Positions 22,686 to 33,286 are shown, counted from the stretch's first letter. The stretch: DNA of 64,000 bases from Candidatus Binatia bacterium (GCA_963664015.2 CAXXLF010000002.1:224001-288000); one strand, 5' to 3'. The notes: a model not told the origin generated them from the letters alone. Numbers and translations: made by a program.

Positions 22686-23840
22686 ATGACATGGTTGTTT
22701 AAAACTTCCGCCTTCGGCTGGTCGATACGGGCCCTTATCTTCTTAATGATTTTTGGTTTTGGAGCATCCACCGCCACAGCTAATTCGCAGGGCGAGAAAC
22801 TCCTCAAAAACCTGATCGAAAAAGTGAGGAAGTAAGGTACTCTGGACACGGCTACGGTAACCCAGCTCGGGCCCGTAGTTCCGAAGCTGGTTGCAGCCTT
22901 CAATAAAACATTTGCCCTTGATCTCAACATCAATGTAGCGTTAGGCGATCAGGCCGGGAAATTCGCCAAGATGCTGATCACTCTTCGAGCCGGTGGCCGG
23001 CCCCAGTTCCACAGCCTGACCGGTGGAGCCAACGACGCGATCGTTACAGTTGACAAGGGTTATGCGATCCCGATCAAGAATTAGAAGCCCTTGCTGGCGG
23101 CCATCAACCCGCAGGTGCGTTCCGGCTAAACTAAGGCCAGTGAAGTCAGCCCCGACGTGGTTGGCGGCAAGGCCTTCATTTGGGGTACCCGAACCAAGGT
23201 TATGGTTTATAATTCGGAGCTTGCCACTGAGAAGACCATTCCTCGCCGCATTAAAGATCTGGCCGATTCCAAATTCAAGGGTAAGTTCACCGTTGCACCC
23301 TGGACGGATATCTTTGAACAGGGCGTTCTGGTTTACGAAAAAACTAAACGGCTCAAGAAGATGGACAAAATCGGCAAGAACGCGATGGGAGTCATGCGTT
23401 TTCAGCCGGCCCTCAATCGAATACTGTTGAAGGAATTTGCTTACACATACATGAACAGCGCCGCGTACTGGGGCGTCAAGGCGAAGGATCCATCGGCGCC
23501 GATCAAAGTGCATTGGTTCTCCGATTATACCCCGCTTTCCCCCATGATGTATATCGTCCCCAAGGGCTCCCGACACCCGGCGGCTGCCACACTCTGGGCC
23601 CTATGGATGACGACCAAGGAGGCCCAATCGATTTTCCAACAGACGAGTCCGCAGGAGATCCTGCTCTTCGGGCAGAGCGATATCGACAACCGGTCCCGGG
23701 CCGCTATTAAAAAAAGTGGAAGCAAGTTGGTATCGTATCTGAGTTCTCCCGAGAACGTGGCAGTGTTGAAGTGGTGGGCCACCGATGAAGGTAGAAAGTA
23801 TCGTTCCAAGATGAAGTCGTCGGTGACCCAGAGACGTTAA
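22686..23840 (+). pseudogene. ABC substrate-binding protein with three in-frame stops
   Basis: One continuous frame from ATG 22686 (signal peptide) interrupted by TAA 22833, TAG 23082 and TAA 23127. Motifs YNSEL...PRRIKDLADSKFKGK and SRHPAAATLW. Confidence 0.85.
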
Positions 23841-23877
23841 CTGACGGCGGAACGACCTTTAGTAATCAGGACCCATA

Positions 23878-25677
23878 GTGGCAGGGATTCAGACAACGAC
23901 AACAGGAACCGAAGCTACAGGCTGGTCCCTGCCATTTCAGAATTGGTATGGCCGCATCGTCGGCTCTCATACAATTCCGGTTTTCCTGTCGTGGATCTTA
24001 TTGGGGGCAATCGTATTGATGTCCCTCATCGCTCTGTAAATGAGCTTTGTCCCTTTCCTCCCCACCGAGCCCGGCTTGACCCTGGAACACTGGACGAACC
24101 TGGCTAGGCCCTATGTATTCAAGCGGGTCCTTCCTAATACCCTAATCGTCGGGACCGGAACGGTTTTGGTCTCCCTGTTCTTTGCCGGGCCGCTGGCATG
24201 GTTGATCAATCGTACGGCTCTCCCCTTTCGTAGCACCTTCATTTCCATTCTAGCCGTCGTGGTTCTGATCCCGGGTTTTGTCAAGGCAATGGGTTGGATC
24301 CTATTGATCAATCCCAAAATTGGTCTCATCAATAACACTCTTGCCGGTCTATTTGGAATGGAGTCTTTCCCCTTGAGTCTGGCCAATCCCTATGGGATGG
24401 CCTGGGTTATGGGCCTTTCTCTCACTCCTTCCATGTTTTTTCTCCTTTCTGTCTCTATGCGCTCGATGGACCAATCCCTGGAAGAGGCAGGCAGTGTATC
24501 AGGCGCCAGCAGGTGGTGGACATTTGCAAAGGTCGGGATGCCACTGGTATGGCCGGCCATTCTGGGCGGTTCCATTTATCACTTCATGACGGCACTTTCC
24601 ATGTTCGAAGTCCCGGCCATGCTGGGCACCGCCGACGGCCAGTCTCCGGTCCTGGCAACCGAGCTTTTCTATGCGGTTCGTCCCGCTACCGGTGAAGCGA
24701 GCATGATCAGCTACGGGGCGGCGGGAGTCTACGGTGTTATGATCGCTACGCCGTCTCTGGTAGCACTCTACTTTTACCACCGGGTACTGGAGAAGTCCCA
24801 TCGCTATGCCGTCATTTCCGGTAAGGGTTACAGGCCTCAGGCATATGATCTTGGAAAGTTTAAATATGCTGCCTTCGGCTTTGTTCTCATATATATTGTA
24901 CTTGTCGCCGTCCTGCCCATGCTCGTCCTTGGATGGATGTCTCTGTTCCCCTACGTCCATATGCCATCGGTTGCAGCACTGTCCAAGGCCACTTTGAAGA
25001 ATTACGATCCGGAATACTTCATGGCAATCATTGGTGGGAGCCATGTCATCTGGAACACGTTCAAACTCATGGTCACGGTACCCATCCTGGTCTTATTCTT
25101 CAGTGTGACCATTTCCTGGGTGGTCGTACGAACCCGCGTACGGTCACGCCACATTATGGACAACATCGCCATGCTTCCCCATACCATACCGGGCCTGGCC
25201 TTCGCCTTTGCACTGTTCATTACGGCACTTTTATTGGAGGTATGGGCATCATGGATAGTGCTGAACCGGACCATAACCATTATTGTGTTCGCCCATCTGA
25301 TGGAACGAATCACCTATTCGACCCGCATCACCAATGCCTCTTTTATTCAGGTGCAGCACGAGCTGTAGGAATCTGCCCATGTGTGCGGAGCAACAACCGC
25401 AACTACTATCTGGCGAATCCTTGTCCCGCTCATCAAGCCTTCTATGGTTTTTGTCGGGATTTGGACGGCCATGTCGACCTTCCGAGAGGTCAGCATTGCT
25501 CTTTGCCTGTCCGGTCGGCGCAATGAGGTGCTAGTAGTAGGGGTTTGGAACGCCTGGGATGCTGGGAATATTGGGGCGGCCTCGGCAGGCGCCGTGATAA
25601 TGGTGTTATCCGTCGGTCTAATCCTTTTGATTACTTTACCTCTTACCGGAGGGCTCCTCCGAGCGTCGGGTCGGTAG
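23878..25677 (+). pseudogene. FbpB-type ABC permease with two in-frame stops
   Basis: Single frame from GTG 23878 with TAA 24037 and TAG 25366. The TAG falls in the second EAA loop (EL*ESAHVCGA). Confidence 0.87.
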
Positions 25678-25689
25678 GCTCCAAAAGAA

Positions 25690-25890
25690 GCCTCCACGGG
25701 CTTAAGCCCGTGGTATCCATCATTTCTTTGGCGGAATCCGCCGAAACACCCTCCTTCGCTCGCCCCGTGGAGTAGGTTCTTATTCGTGGGGTCTCGTCTC
25801 GATCATGGAAAGTACTCCACGGGGCGAATTGAGCTTCGGAGGGTCCAACCGTCGCATTCATCCATGGGCTTACGCCCATGGTCTTCTGGG
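25690..25890. mobile_element. Non-autonomous palindromic miniature element (REP/REPIN- or IS200/IS605-end-like) with nested inverted repeats
   Basis: Palindrome ccacgggcttaagcccgtgg (25694-25713) and a related hairpin ccatgggcttacgcccatgg (25862-25881). Internal perfect 15-bp IR (25760-25774 / 25813-25827) inside an accctccttcgct / agcttcggagggt arm pair. Confidence 0.65.
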
Positions 25891-26360
25891 AAAGCGGATC
25901 AAATCCAAGGCATCACTCCAGCCTAAGTCCTCCTGAGAAACCCAAACATTTCAAAACCCACAGGTATCCCTAATGGGGCTTAAATCGCTCATGCCTACAC
26001 TGAATCAGGCACATTCTGTGCACAGTTATCAGGATATTTAATGCCGGGAGCGTTAGAGGTTCAATTCTGTCAATTCTGTCTGCCTCCAATCCCGCTCTGG
26101 GCCAGGATTTGCTCTGCATCAGACTGTTAAGACTCAATTCCTTAGCTAATTAACTGCCGCTTGCGGCCCTGCTGGTCTGTTCCAACATTTGTTTGTGATC
26201 CTGGATATAATCGGGACAGATTGCCAATCGGCGGTGTTTCCCAATACAAGAATCTTAACAAACTGCTAGAAAGCAATCGATATTACGGGTGATTCTGCAA
26301 AGCGGGGAATAAAGGGTTTTCGAGATAGGCCGCAAGGGCGAGAGCGGTATACCTAATAGT

Positions 26361-26771
26361 CATGCATATTAAAACAATACGAAAATTAATCATCATTATA
26401 AGCATCCTTGCTCTGTAGATGTATCGCATGCCACAAGGCTGGAAAGAATATCGACTGATGATCTATTTACTCGTGCAGATCACGTATTCACAGGGAAAGT
26501 AATTAAGATTGAGTTAATCGACAGGAAGAGCGGTATTGTTCAAAGTGAAGCTTCTCCAACCGGATCACGAAGTGGTAATAAAATACGAATGTCTATCGAA
26601 ATATATGATGTAATTAAAACAACATCCAAAACAGAAATCCCTCTTTCCCATGCCCGGGGAGAGGAGTGTTTGCCGGAATTGAGGACTGCTTGCTCCACTC
26701 GATATACAATTCAAGCGCGCGAGGCACGCCCTTTCCCTTCTATGGCTAAAACCCATTCATGTGAAGGGTGA
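26361..26771 (+). pseudogene. AT-rich secreted-protein remnant
   Basis: Signal-like MHIKTIRKLIIIISIL frameshifts into ..SHATRLERISTDDLFTRADHVFTGKVIKIE.. The region 25.9-26.65 kb is visibly AT-richer than its flanks. Confidence 0.45.
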
Positions 26772-27450
26772 GGACAAAGGCCTTTCGCATCCCGTCCTGA
26801 AGTTCCGGCGTATTGATGTATCGCCTAACGACGTCCGCTCCTAGTTCGGCGTGTTCGATATCCACATCGGCGTGCTCGATCTTGAACGCCAGGGCCCGCT
26901 CTACATCTTTTATGCCCATCTCTGCGTATTCTTTGCGTAATACGTCAATGTTATCCAAAAGTCGTTGTCTGATCTCCGGGATCCTCTTCTCCCCCTCACC
27001 CACAAGCGAACTGCCGATGGCAACCGCCCAGTGCCCGGTGCGATGCAGATTGACCCGCCAACCCCATATGATCAGCTTTTCCGGACTGCAGTCTTCCTGT
27101 TCCAGCCGTGTGATTTCTTCGTCAGTCAGGCCGAACTCCTGCGATTCCCACCGTGCCAGGATAGGGTGACTGGGCGTTTTACCACCCACTGTGGTTTGCC
27201 CACCCTCGTCGATCAGCTTACGTAGTTGCCGGCGGCGGATTTCCTTGTCCGTACAGTTTAGATACCGCTCACCCTCGAATCTGTGGTTATTATCTCCTCC
27301 ACGGTGGTATCTACGCCGGGCTTCGAGGATTTCCCCTTTGCTCTTGTAACGGGGGCACGGTCGGAGCAGCCCGCCTCCGAGGTGGTTTTTTCTATGTTGC
27401 TCCAATTCTTCAAGTAATTCGTCGCCGGTGATCAATTTCTGCTTCTCCAT
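26746..27450 (-). CDS. PqqC/CADD-like HDO protein (copy 2)
   Basis: LNCTD..IRRRQLRKLIDEGG...SH, GEGE and EHADVDIEH (H-x3-D-x2-H). Start MEKQK follows an AGGAG RBS. Confidence 0.75.
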   Translation of the reverse strand: MEKQKLITGDELLEELEQHRKNHLGGGLLRPCPRYKSKGEILEARRRYHRGGDNNHRFEGERYLNCTDKEIRRRQLRKLIDEGGQTTVGGKTPSHPILARWESQEFGLTDEEITRLEQEDCSPEKLIIWGWRVNLHRTGHWAVAIGSSLVGEGEKRIPEIRQRLLDNIDVLRKEYAEMGIKDVERALAFKIEHADVDIEHAELGADVVRRYINTPELQDGMRKAFVLTLHMNGF

Positions 27451-27496
27451 AAAACTCTCCTTCGTTTCCTGATGGGGATACAGAGAACCCTTTTCT

Positions 27497-28204
27497 CTAA
27501 TCGAACACACCTCTCTTCTCAGCCACGGTCACAAAATAGTTCCATACCTTCCAGGTCCGTTTTCCACCCAAGGCCCCCAGGGTCTGCTTGGGCGCTGTTT
27601 TGAGATCATCCGCCGAAAACGGTTTCAGGTTGCCCAGCAACATGAGCTCGTACTGGTAACGGGCGTTTTGCTCGAGCTGATAGGCGGTCTGAAAGAGCCC
27701 TTCGAGGACTTCTGAGACCACGACGGCACCGTGGCCTTTCATGAGGGCCGCTCGCCGACCGCCTAGTGTTTCCGCCAGAACCTCTCCCCGTTTCGTGCTA
27801 CCGATGTTCCACGGGTGCGGAAAGAGGGGAACTCCATCGCGGGCAAACATGACCCCATCGTTACAGACCGGGGCGAAATCAACCCCGCTCATGCTGATCA
27901 GGACCGAATAGTGGCAGTGGAGATGAGCGACTGTCCCAACGTCCTGGCGGGCCCGGTAGATGCACGTGTGGATAGGAGTCTCGCTCGGAGGCTCGTCTTC
28001 CCCCTCCAAAAGTTTGCCCTCCATGCCGACCGTAACAATGTCTTTGGTGGTCAGGGTTGCCCTACTCGAAAAACGAGATTGAATGAGCACCTGGTCCATT
28101 TCGGGAACCCGTGCGCTCACGTGGCCGTTGTGCTCCACGAGGCCAATCATGTCCATCATCCGGATACAACGGACCAATTTTTCCTTGAGCTCGTTTTTAT
28201 CCAA
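27497..28204 (-). CDS. Class II aldolase/adducin family protein (copy 2)
   Basis: GHVSARVP, PPSETPIH, HLH and MKGHG motifs. TTG start. Confidence 0.9.
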   Translation of the reverse strand: MDKNELKEKLVRCIRMMDMIGLVEHNGHVSARVPEMDQVLIQSRFSSRATLTTKDIVTVGMEGKLLEGEDEPPSETPIHTCIYRARQDVGTVAHLHCHYSVLISMSGVDFAPVCNDGVMFARDGVPLFPHPWNIGSTKRGEVLAETLGGRRAALMKGHGAVVVSEVLEGLFQTAYQLEQNARYQYELMLLGNLKPFSADDLKTAPKQTLGALGGKRTWKVWNYFVTVAEKRGVFD

Positions 28205-28252
28205 TTGATTCCTCTCGCAGGTTTTTGACCAGCCTCTTTTGGTGAGACCTCA

Positions 28253-29032
28253 TCATGGAATCTGAAGGGGAACCCGTTCCGAGGTTACCGCCCTCTGTAC
28301 GGCCACCAGCAATTGGTCCTCGATGTCCAGCCTCTTGCGAAACGCCCGTGCCACCGTCAACTGCCTCTCCTGGGTGCAGCACCAGTAGGAAAGGGCCTTT
28401 TCTTCCCATGGTAGGTGGGATTCTACATCCTCCTGGTAGGCTCGAAAGAACTCCAGATGTTTTTGCGAGACGCCATAGTGTTTCTGGAGTGCCGCCCCCA
28501 CCTTGCCTAAGGTGTCACGTCCATGCAGGTCTCCCGCATAGATGCTCGCGATCCCGTCCAACCAGGTCCATTCCCACCACCGAGAAAGCATGCACAACGT
28601 CGTAATCGCATAGTGGCTTCGGGTAAGGGACTTCCAGGAAAGGATCTCCTCCCGTGTTAGTCCGAGGCCTTCCCCCAGTCGTAGCCAGAGCTCCTCATAG
28701 GCAGGGGTGGTCAAGCCGGTCAAGTCGTTGACAACGTCTTTCCCTTCCAGGTCGACCATTTTTCTTAGGATTTGGGTTCTTGCCTCTTCATCATTGGTCT
28801 TGATATAGATCGCCCCGGTGCTGTAGACCATGGCATAATCCCAATAGGTGTACATGTCCTTGAGCCAGATTTTCACATGCTCCTTTTCCATCATGCCTTC
28901 GAATATGCCCTGATAGAATGGCGGTGGTTGGGGATATTTTCGCGATCTTTCGTCCTTAAGAAAGCGAATAAACGCTTCTCCCGTAAGAGGTGGTTCTTTC
29001 AAATCTTCAGGCCCATAGGGTAACTCAGACAT
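28253..29032 (-). CDS. PqqC/CADD-like HDO-fold protein with degenerate metal ligands (copy 3)
   Basis: Aligns by eye with copy 1 (ILRKMVDLEG, LWLRLGEGLGLTREEI, WLDGIA, YGVSQKHLEFF). Likely start MSELPY after a GGGGG RBS. Confidence 0.75.
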   Translation of the reverse strand: MSELPYGPEDLKEPPLTGEAFIRFLKDERSRKYPQPPPFYQGIFEGMMEKEHVKIWLKDMYTYWDYAMVYSTGAIYIKTNDEEARTQILRKMVDLEGKDVVNDLTGLTTPAYEELWLRLGEGLGLTREEILSWKSLTRSHYAITTLCMLSRWWEWTWLDGIASIYAGDLHGRDTLGKVGAALQKHYGVSQKHLEFFRAYQEDVESHLPWEEKALSYWCCTQERQLTVARAFRKRLDIEDQLLVAVQRAVTSERVPLQIP

Positions 29033-29223
29033 AAATCCCCCTTCGATAGTACGAGCTCTTGAGTTGGCAATGGGGAGAACTAAGGGAAAAACAAAATCAT
29101 CATTACGCTTCATGCACCTGATCAATTGTCCACCCAAATCTTAGGACTCATATCGTTTCGAGAAAGCTACGTCAAGCACTCAAACTCCTGAAATGACGAA
29201 GGCTTATCAGGCCCCGGGGAGAG

Positions 29224-29252
29224 TTGACAGAAAAGCCCCTATCGGGTAGTGT
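29224..29252 (+). promoter_or_regulatory. Sigma70-like promoter
   Basis: TTGACA-N17-TAGTGT upstream of the amidohydrolase at 29345. Confidence 0.5.
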
Positions 29253-29344
29253 CGGTTCAATTATGAAAATCCTAGCCCATAGGGAATGGGGAGCCGGTAA
29301 CACTACGTATAAGTAAGCCGTCGTCAAAAATTTAGGAGGGCATT

Positions 29345-30481
29345 ATGGAATTATGGCAGTATCCAGTAATCGATTGTGATGGGCATCTCGTTGAATCCAT
29401 TCCCGAGTTGACCGAATTCATGTCCCCCCATATGCGAAAATCGGTCCTGGAAGCGGGTCGCCAAAGGGAGGGTGCTTTCCCATCCCTGGACGGCTTTCAC
29501 GGCCCAAGGATTCGCGGTGCCGAACAACCCCCCAGTGGGGACGAACGTCCCTACGTTACCGCCAGCACCCATCGGAAGGGATCGGCGGAGGATTTCACGG
29601 CCTTCTTAGAAAAGGCCGACGTCAATGAGGCTATCATCTTTACCAGTGAGGGGCTATCCGCCGGATTCATTCAGAACGCCGATTACGCCGTAGCCATCTG
29701 CCGGGCCTACAATGACTATGTCTACGAACGTTATGCACGTGTCAGTGACCGCTTGCACCCCATGGCGCTGATCCCCTTTCAGGATCCGGGGCAGGCCAAG
29801 CTGGAGCTCCGTCGGGCCGTAAAGGAACTTGGTTTTCCGGGGGCGATGGTTCCCTCTTCCGGCCTCTCCTTACATATCGGCCACGAGTACTACCTTCCCA
29901 TCTACGAAGAAGCTGCCAATTTGGACTGTGTCCTTGGGGTCCACGGGGGTTCGGTCATGGGCATCGGTATGGATACCTTTACGGCCAGACGCTCCATATC
30001 CGGAACCCACCATTCCCTCGCATTACTCCTCGGCCTTACCGCCATCATTGGCCACGGAATTATGGAGCGTTTCCCCACCCTGCGTGTGGGGTTTTTCGAA
30101 GGCGGTTGCGCTTGGTTAGTCCTCTTGCTGGACCGAATGGAACGGCATGAGAGGGTTACGGGGAGAATCGATGTGGGAACGTTGACAGAATGCCTGGAAA
30201 GCGGCCGAATTCTCGTCGGCTGCGAGGGCAACGATGGCAGCCTGGTACATTTAATTGAAAGGGTAGGACCAGGTGTATTCAGTTGGGCGTCCGACTACCC
30301 CCACGAAGTCGATCTGGAGGCCGCAAAACAGATGATTCAAGACACGGTCGACGACGATCGGCTATCCGCCACTGACAAGGCCGGGCTGCTCGGGGGCAAC
30401 GCCCAACGATTCTTCAAGTTGCCTGTAAGGGAGAACCACCAAGTCAAATCCACTCAGGCGGGCCATGTCCAACACGCCTGA
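29345..30481 (+). CDS. Amidohydrolase_2 family protein
   Basis: IDCDGH, RAYND, GVHG, FEGGCAW and WASDYPH motifs. Confidence 0.9.
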   Translation: MELWQYPVIDCDGHLVESIPELTEFMSPHMRKSVLEAGRQREGAFPSLDGFHGPRIRGAEQPPSGDERPYVTASTHRKGSAEDFTAFLEKADVNEAIIFTSEGLSAGFIQNADYAVAICRAYNDYVYERYARVSDRLHPMALIPFQDPGQAKLELRRAVKELGFPGAMVPSSGLSLHIGHEYYLPIYEEAANLDCVLGVHGGSVMGIGMDTFTARRSISGTHHSLALLLGLTAIIGHGIMERFPTLRVGFFEGGCAWLVLLLDRMERHERVTGRIDVGTLTECLESGRILVGCEGNDGSLVHLIERVGPGVFSWASDYPHEVDLEAAKQMIQDTVDDDRLSATDKAGLLGGNAQRFFKLPVRENHQVKSTQAGHVQHA

Positions 30482-30496
30482 TTCATAATTGACCGC

Positions 30497-30530
30497 GAGA
30501 GGGACGGATTCACTCTCCTCCGTCCCTCTC
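30497..30530 (+). terminator. Stem-loop downstream of amidohydrolase (possible terminator or stabiliser)
   Basis: gagagggacgga / tccgtccctctc 12-bp perfect stem. No clear U-tract. Confidence 0.45.
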
Positions 30531-30631
30531 CACTCAAGGCTTTCTCACTTTCGTTTATCCCCAACACCGAGAGCGCCCCATCGGCCCATCACAATTGACT
30601 TATTAACAACCGGTTTAAGGAAAAGTACGGA

Positions 30632-31690
30632 ATGAAGGCGGTTCGATTTAATGAATATGGTGGACCTGAAGTCCTGCGCTTGGAGAAAGTCCCTGTGCCG
30701 GACCCAACCGACGGGGAAGTTCTGCTGCGGGTCCATGCAACCAGCGTACGTAGAACCGACCTGGAAATGCATTCGGGGACCGGCAGTTATTTTCGAGCCC
30801 CCGTCCCCTTTCAACTGGGCCGCGAATCCAGCGGGGTCGTTGCCGGTGTAGGACATGGCGTGACGGATTGGAAGGAGGGCGATGAGGCCATCACCCAGAA
30901 TATCACTCCGTGTGGGATCTGCGATAATTGCCGCCGGGACCTGCCCGAAGCCTGCCGAAAACCCCGCTATCAGGGGGTATCGGCCTGGGGAGGCTATGCG
31001 GATTACATTACGCTGCCTGCAACGAGTCTGATTCGTAAGCCTAAGGACCTGGGGCACGATCAGGCGGCGGCGTTTCAAGGCGGTACGTTGACTGCCTGGC
31101 ACAGCCTGATTACACGTGCACAGTTACAGGCAGGTGAAACGGTTCTGATTCGTTCGGCCAGTGGCGCTGTCGCCAGTGGGGGTGTCCAGGTCGCACGCCA
31201 CGCAGGCGCCCATATCATCGCTACGACCAGCGGACCGAAAAAGGCGCAGCTCGTCCAAGCCCTCGGAGCAGACGAGGTCATCGACTACACCCGAGAGGAT
31301 GTTCTGCAAAAGGTCCGAGAAATAACCAACGGTCGCGGTGTCGATATCTTTTTCGAAACTGTTGGTGGCGAGGCTTTTCAAGACCTGGCCAAATGCCTTA
31401 TGTGTGGTGGAAGAATCGTTGTACCAGGCAATGCGGCGGCATCTGAACTTCGCTTCCATCTCGGCCCACTGATCCAAACCCAAGGCACGATCCTCTTTTC
31501 AAAGGGGAGTCGTCCGGATGAAGCCCTGAAAGTCTTGGGCTTGATGGCCGCAAACCGAATAAAAGTCGCTATAAGCCACATCTTCCAACTGGAACGGGCA
31601 GCCGATGCCCACCGCATTCTTCAAAGGCGAGAGCAATTTGGACGGGTTCTGCTGGACGTTGCCGGGGCCGGATACCGGCCGAACATCTGA
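30632..31690 (+). CDS. Medium-chain dehydrogenase/reductase (Zn-ADH / quinone oxidoreductase family)
   Basis: MKAV..YGGPEVL start, structural Zn cluster CGICDNC-x7-C and LGADEVIDY. Confidence 0.9.
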   Translation: MKAVRFNEYGGPEVLRLEKVPVPDPTDGEVLLRVHATSVRRTDLEMHSGTGSYFRAPVPFQLGRESSGVVAGVGHGVTDWKEGDEAITQNITPCGICDNCRRDLPEACRKPRYQGVSAWGGYADYITLPATSLIRKPKDLGHDQAAAFQGGTLTAWHSLITRAQLQAGETVLIRSASGAVASGGVQVARHAGAHIIATTSGPKKAQLVQALGADEVIDYTREDVLQKVREITNGRGVDIFFETVGGEAFQDLAKCLMCGGRIVVPGNAAASELRFHLGPLIQTQGTILFSKGSRPDEALKVLGLMAANRIKVAISHIFQLERAADAHRILQRREQFGRVLLDVAGAGYRPNI

Positions 31691-31726
31691 TTTTGCCTCA
31701 CGCTACCAATACGGCCGAGAACTCGG

Positions 31727-32480
31727 TCAGGCGCCGATCTTCTGAAGGGCGAAGTATAGGTATACGAATTCGAGCGAATGAGGCTCAGCATCGATTCCAC
31801 TAGATCCTCATTGGTGCAACATCGTTTGAGGGAAGTGTAACGGGCGCCTCGGGACATCAGCCCCTCATAGTTTTCACCCAACATCTTTTTCATCCAATCC
31901 CCTTCGAGCCAACCGGGGCGACTGCGTTCACGCGCACCTCGAGTCCCAGTGCATTGGGCAGGGTCTTCATCAAATTGCCCAGGGCAGCCGTTGCTTGCTG
32001 CATATGGAAGAGCCTGCCCAATGAACTGGGACGCAGCCCTGCGATGCTGGAGGTATTAACGATGCAGCCGTCGGGAGACTCCCGTAACATGGGCACTGCG
32101 GCGCGAGCCACAAGGAACACCCCCAGGACGTTGACCGCGAATACGCGATTCCAGGCCTCGACTGTTACTTCCTCCATGTTCTTTGGCTCAACGGCAATGG
32201 TTCTACCGGCGTTGTTGATCAGAACGTCCAGGCGGCCGAATTACTGGGGGGTGGCTTCGATCATCTCGCGCACGGCATAGTCGATACTCATATCGCAGCG
32301 ATGGAGCAAGGCGCGGGCCCCCAGGGATTCGGCCGACCGAACGGTTTCCATGGCTGCTGCCTCGTTGCGGCTAAAATTTATGAATACCTCTTAGCCGCTT
32401 TTAGCAAGGGCCGGGGCCGTGCTGCGACCGATCCCCGTAGAGCCACCGGTAATCCAAGCCACTAGTTTTTCACTTTTCAT
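31727..32480 (-). pseudogene. Short-chain dehydrogenase/reductase, disrupted
   Basis: ITGGSTGIG from ATG 32480, LDVLINNAG, IVNTSSIAG and VRVNAVAP spread over several frames with stops. Confidence 0.8.
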
Positions 32481-32545
32481 CGCGGTGCTCCAAAAGGCTC
32501 AAACGTTCGGTGCAATTCCCTGCCCCAGTCCCAAACTAGCATAGC

Positions 32546-33286
32546 TTACCGACGCTTCTTCTTAGCTCGAACAAGAGCCCGTTTGCTCGGCGCGGGTCGT
32601 TTTTGATTTCCATCGTAATACATGTGGGTGTACCAGAGGGCCAGTCCACCTTCCCCCGGAGGCGGGTTTTTGTGAAAATCGATGAACCGATCCTCCAATA
32701 CCTCGGGGGTGCCCAATGTTGCCGCCCAGATCTGCTGTTGGGCAGCTTGCTCGAGGTTCAGGGTATTTTGTACGGCCTGACCCACATTGGATCCGATGGT
32801 TACAGCCCCATGCCCTTTCAAAAGAATTGCCGGGAACCTTCCCATAGTTTTAGCCATTCCCCCTCCCAGCTCTTCCGTATTAATCATATCCCCTGCGAAG
32901 ATCGGAACACCGTGCTCGAACTGCGCCGATTGGTGGGTGATGGCAAAAACCGTCTTACCCGCCATACTCAGGGCCGTCGCGACGCGCGGATGGGTGTGAA
33001 TACAGCTCTGTACGTCGGGTCGATTCCTAAACACATGCGTGTATATCGGCACCTCCCAAGGCCTCGCCCGGCCGCCTTCAAGGATATTACCGTCGTAATC
33101 AAAGATCATAACTGCCTCGGGATCCGCCGGCGGTGGCGGCACGCGTACATGCTTGAGCATGAAACCCTTCCGTTTATCGCTCTCCGGCAAGCGTACGGCG
33201 ATATGCCCCCATGGGTCTCCCAGGTCTTTAAACAACAGACGGGTCCCAAACCGTAATTGCTCTCGCAGTTCGTCAAATTCCTTCAT
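32546..33286 (-). CDS. Class II aldolase/adducin family protein (copy 3)
   Basis: GHIAVR, WEVPIY, HTH and LKGHG motifs. Confidence 0.88.
   Translation of the reverse strand: MKEFDELREQLRFGTRLLFKDLGDPWGHIAVRLPESDKRKGFMLKHVRVPPPPADPEAVMIFDYDGNILEGGRARPWEVPIYTHVFRNRPDVQSCIHTHPRVATALSMAGKTVFAITHQSAQFEHGVPIFAGDMINTEELGGGMAKTMGRFPAILLKGHGAVTIGSNVGQAVQNTLNLEQAAQQQIWAATLGTPEVLEDRFIDFHKNPPPGEGGLALWYTHMYYDGNQKRPAPSKRALVRAKKKRR

Noticed and set aside
25690-25890. CRISPR array or tRNA
   Set aside because: The repeats are inverted and nested rather than regularly spaced direct repeats. There is no cloverleaf or T-loop signature and no cas genes.
20600-29032. PQQ biosynthesis cluster
   Set aside because: Only PqqC-fold proteins are present. 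No pqqB/D/E and no PqqA-like E-x3-Y precursor peptide was seen, and the C-terminal PqqC motifs differ.
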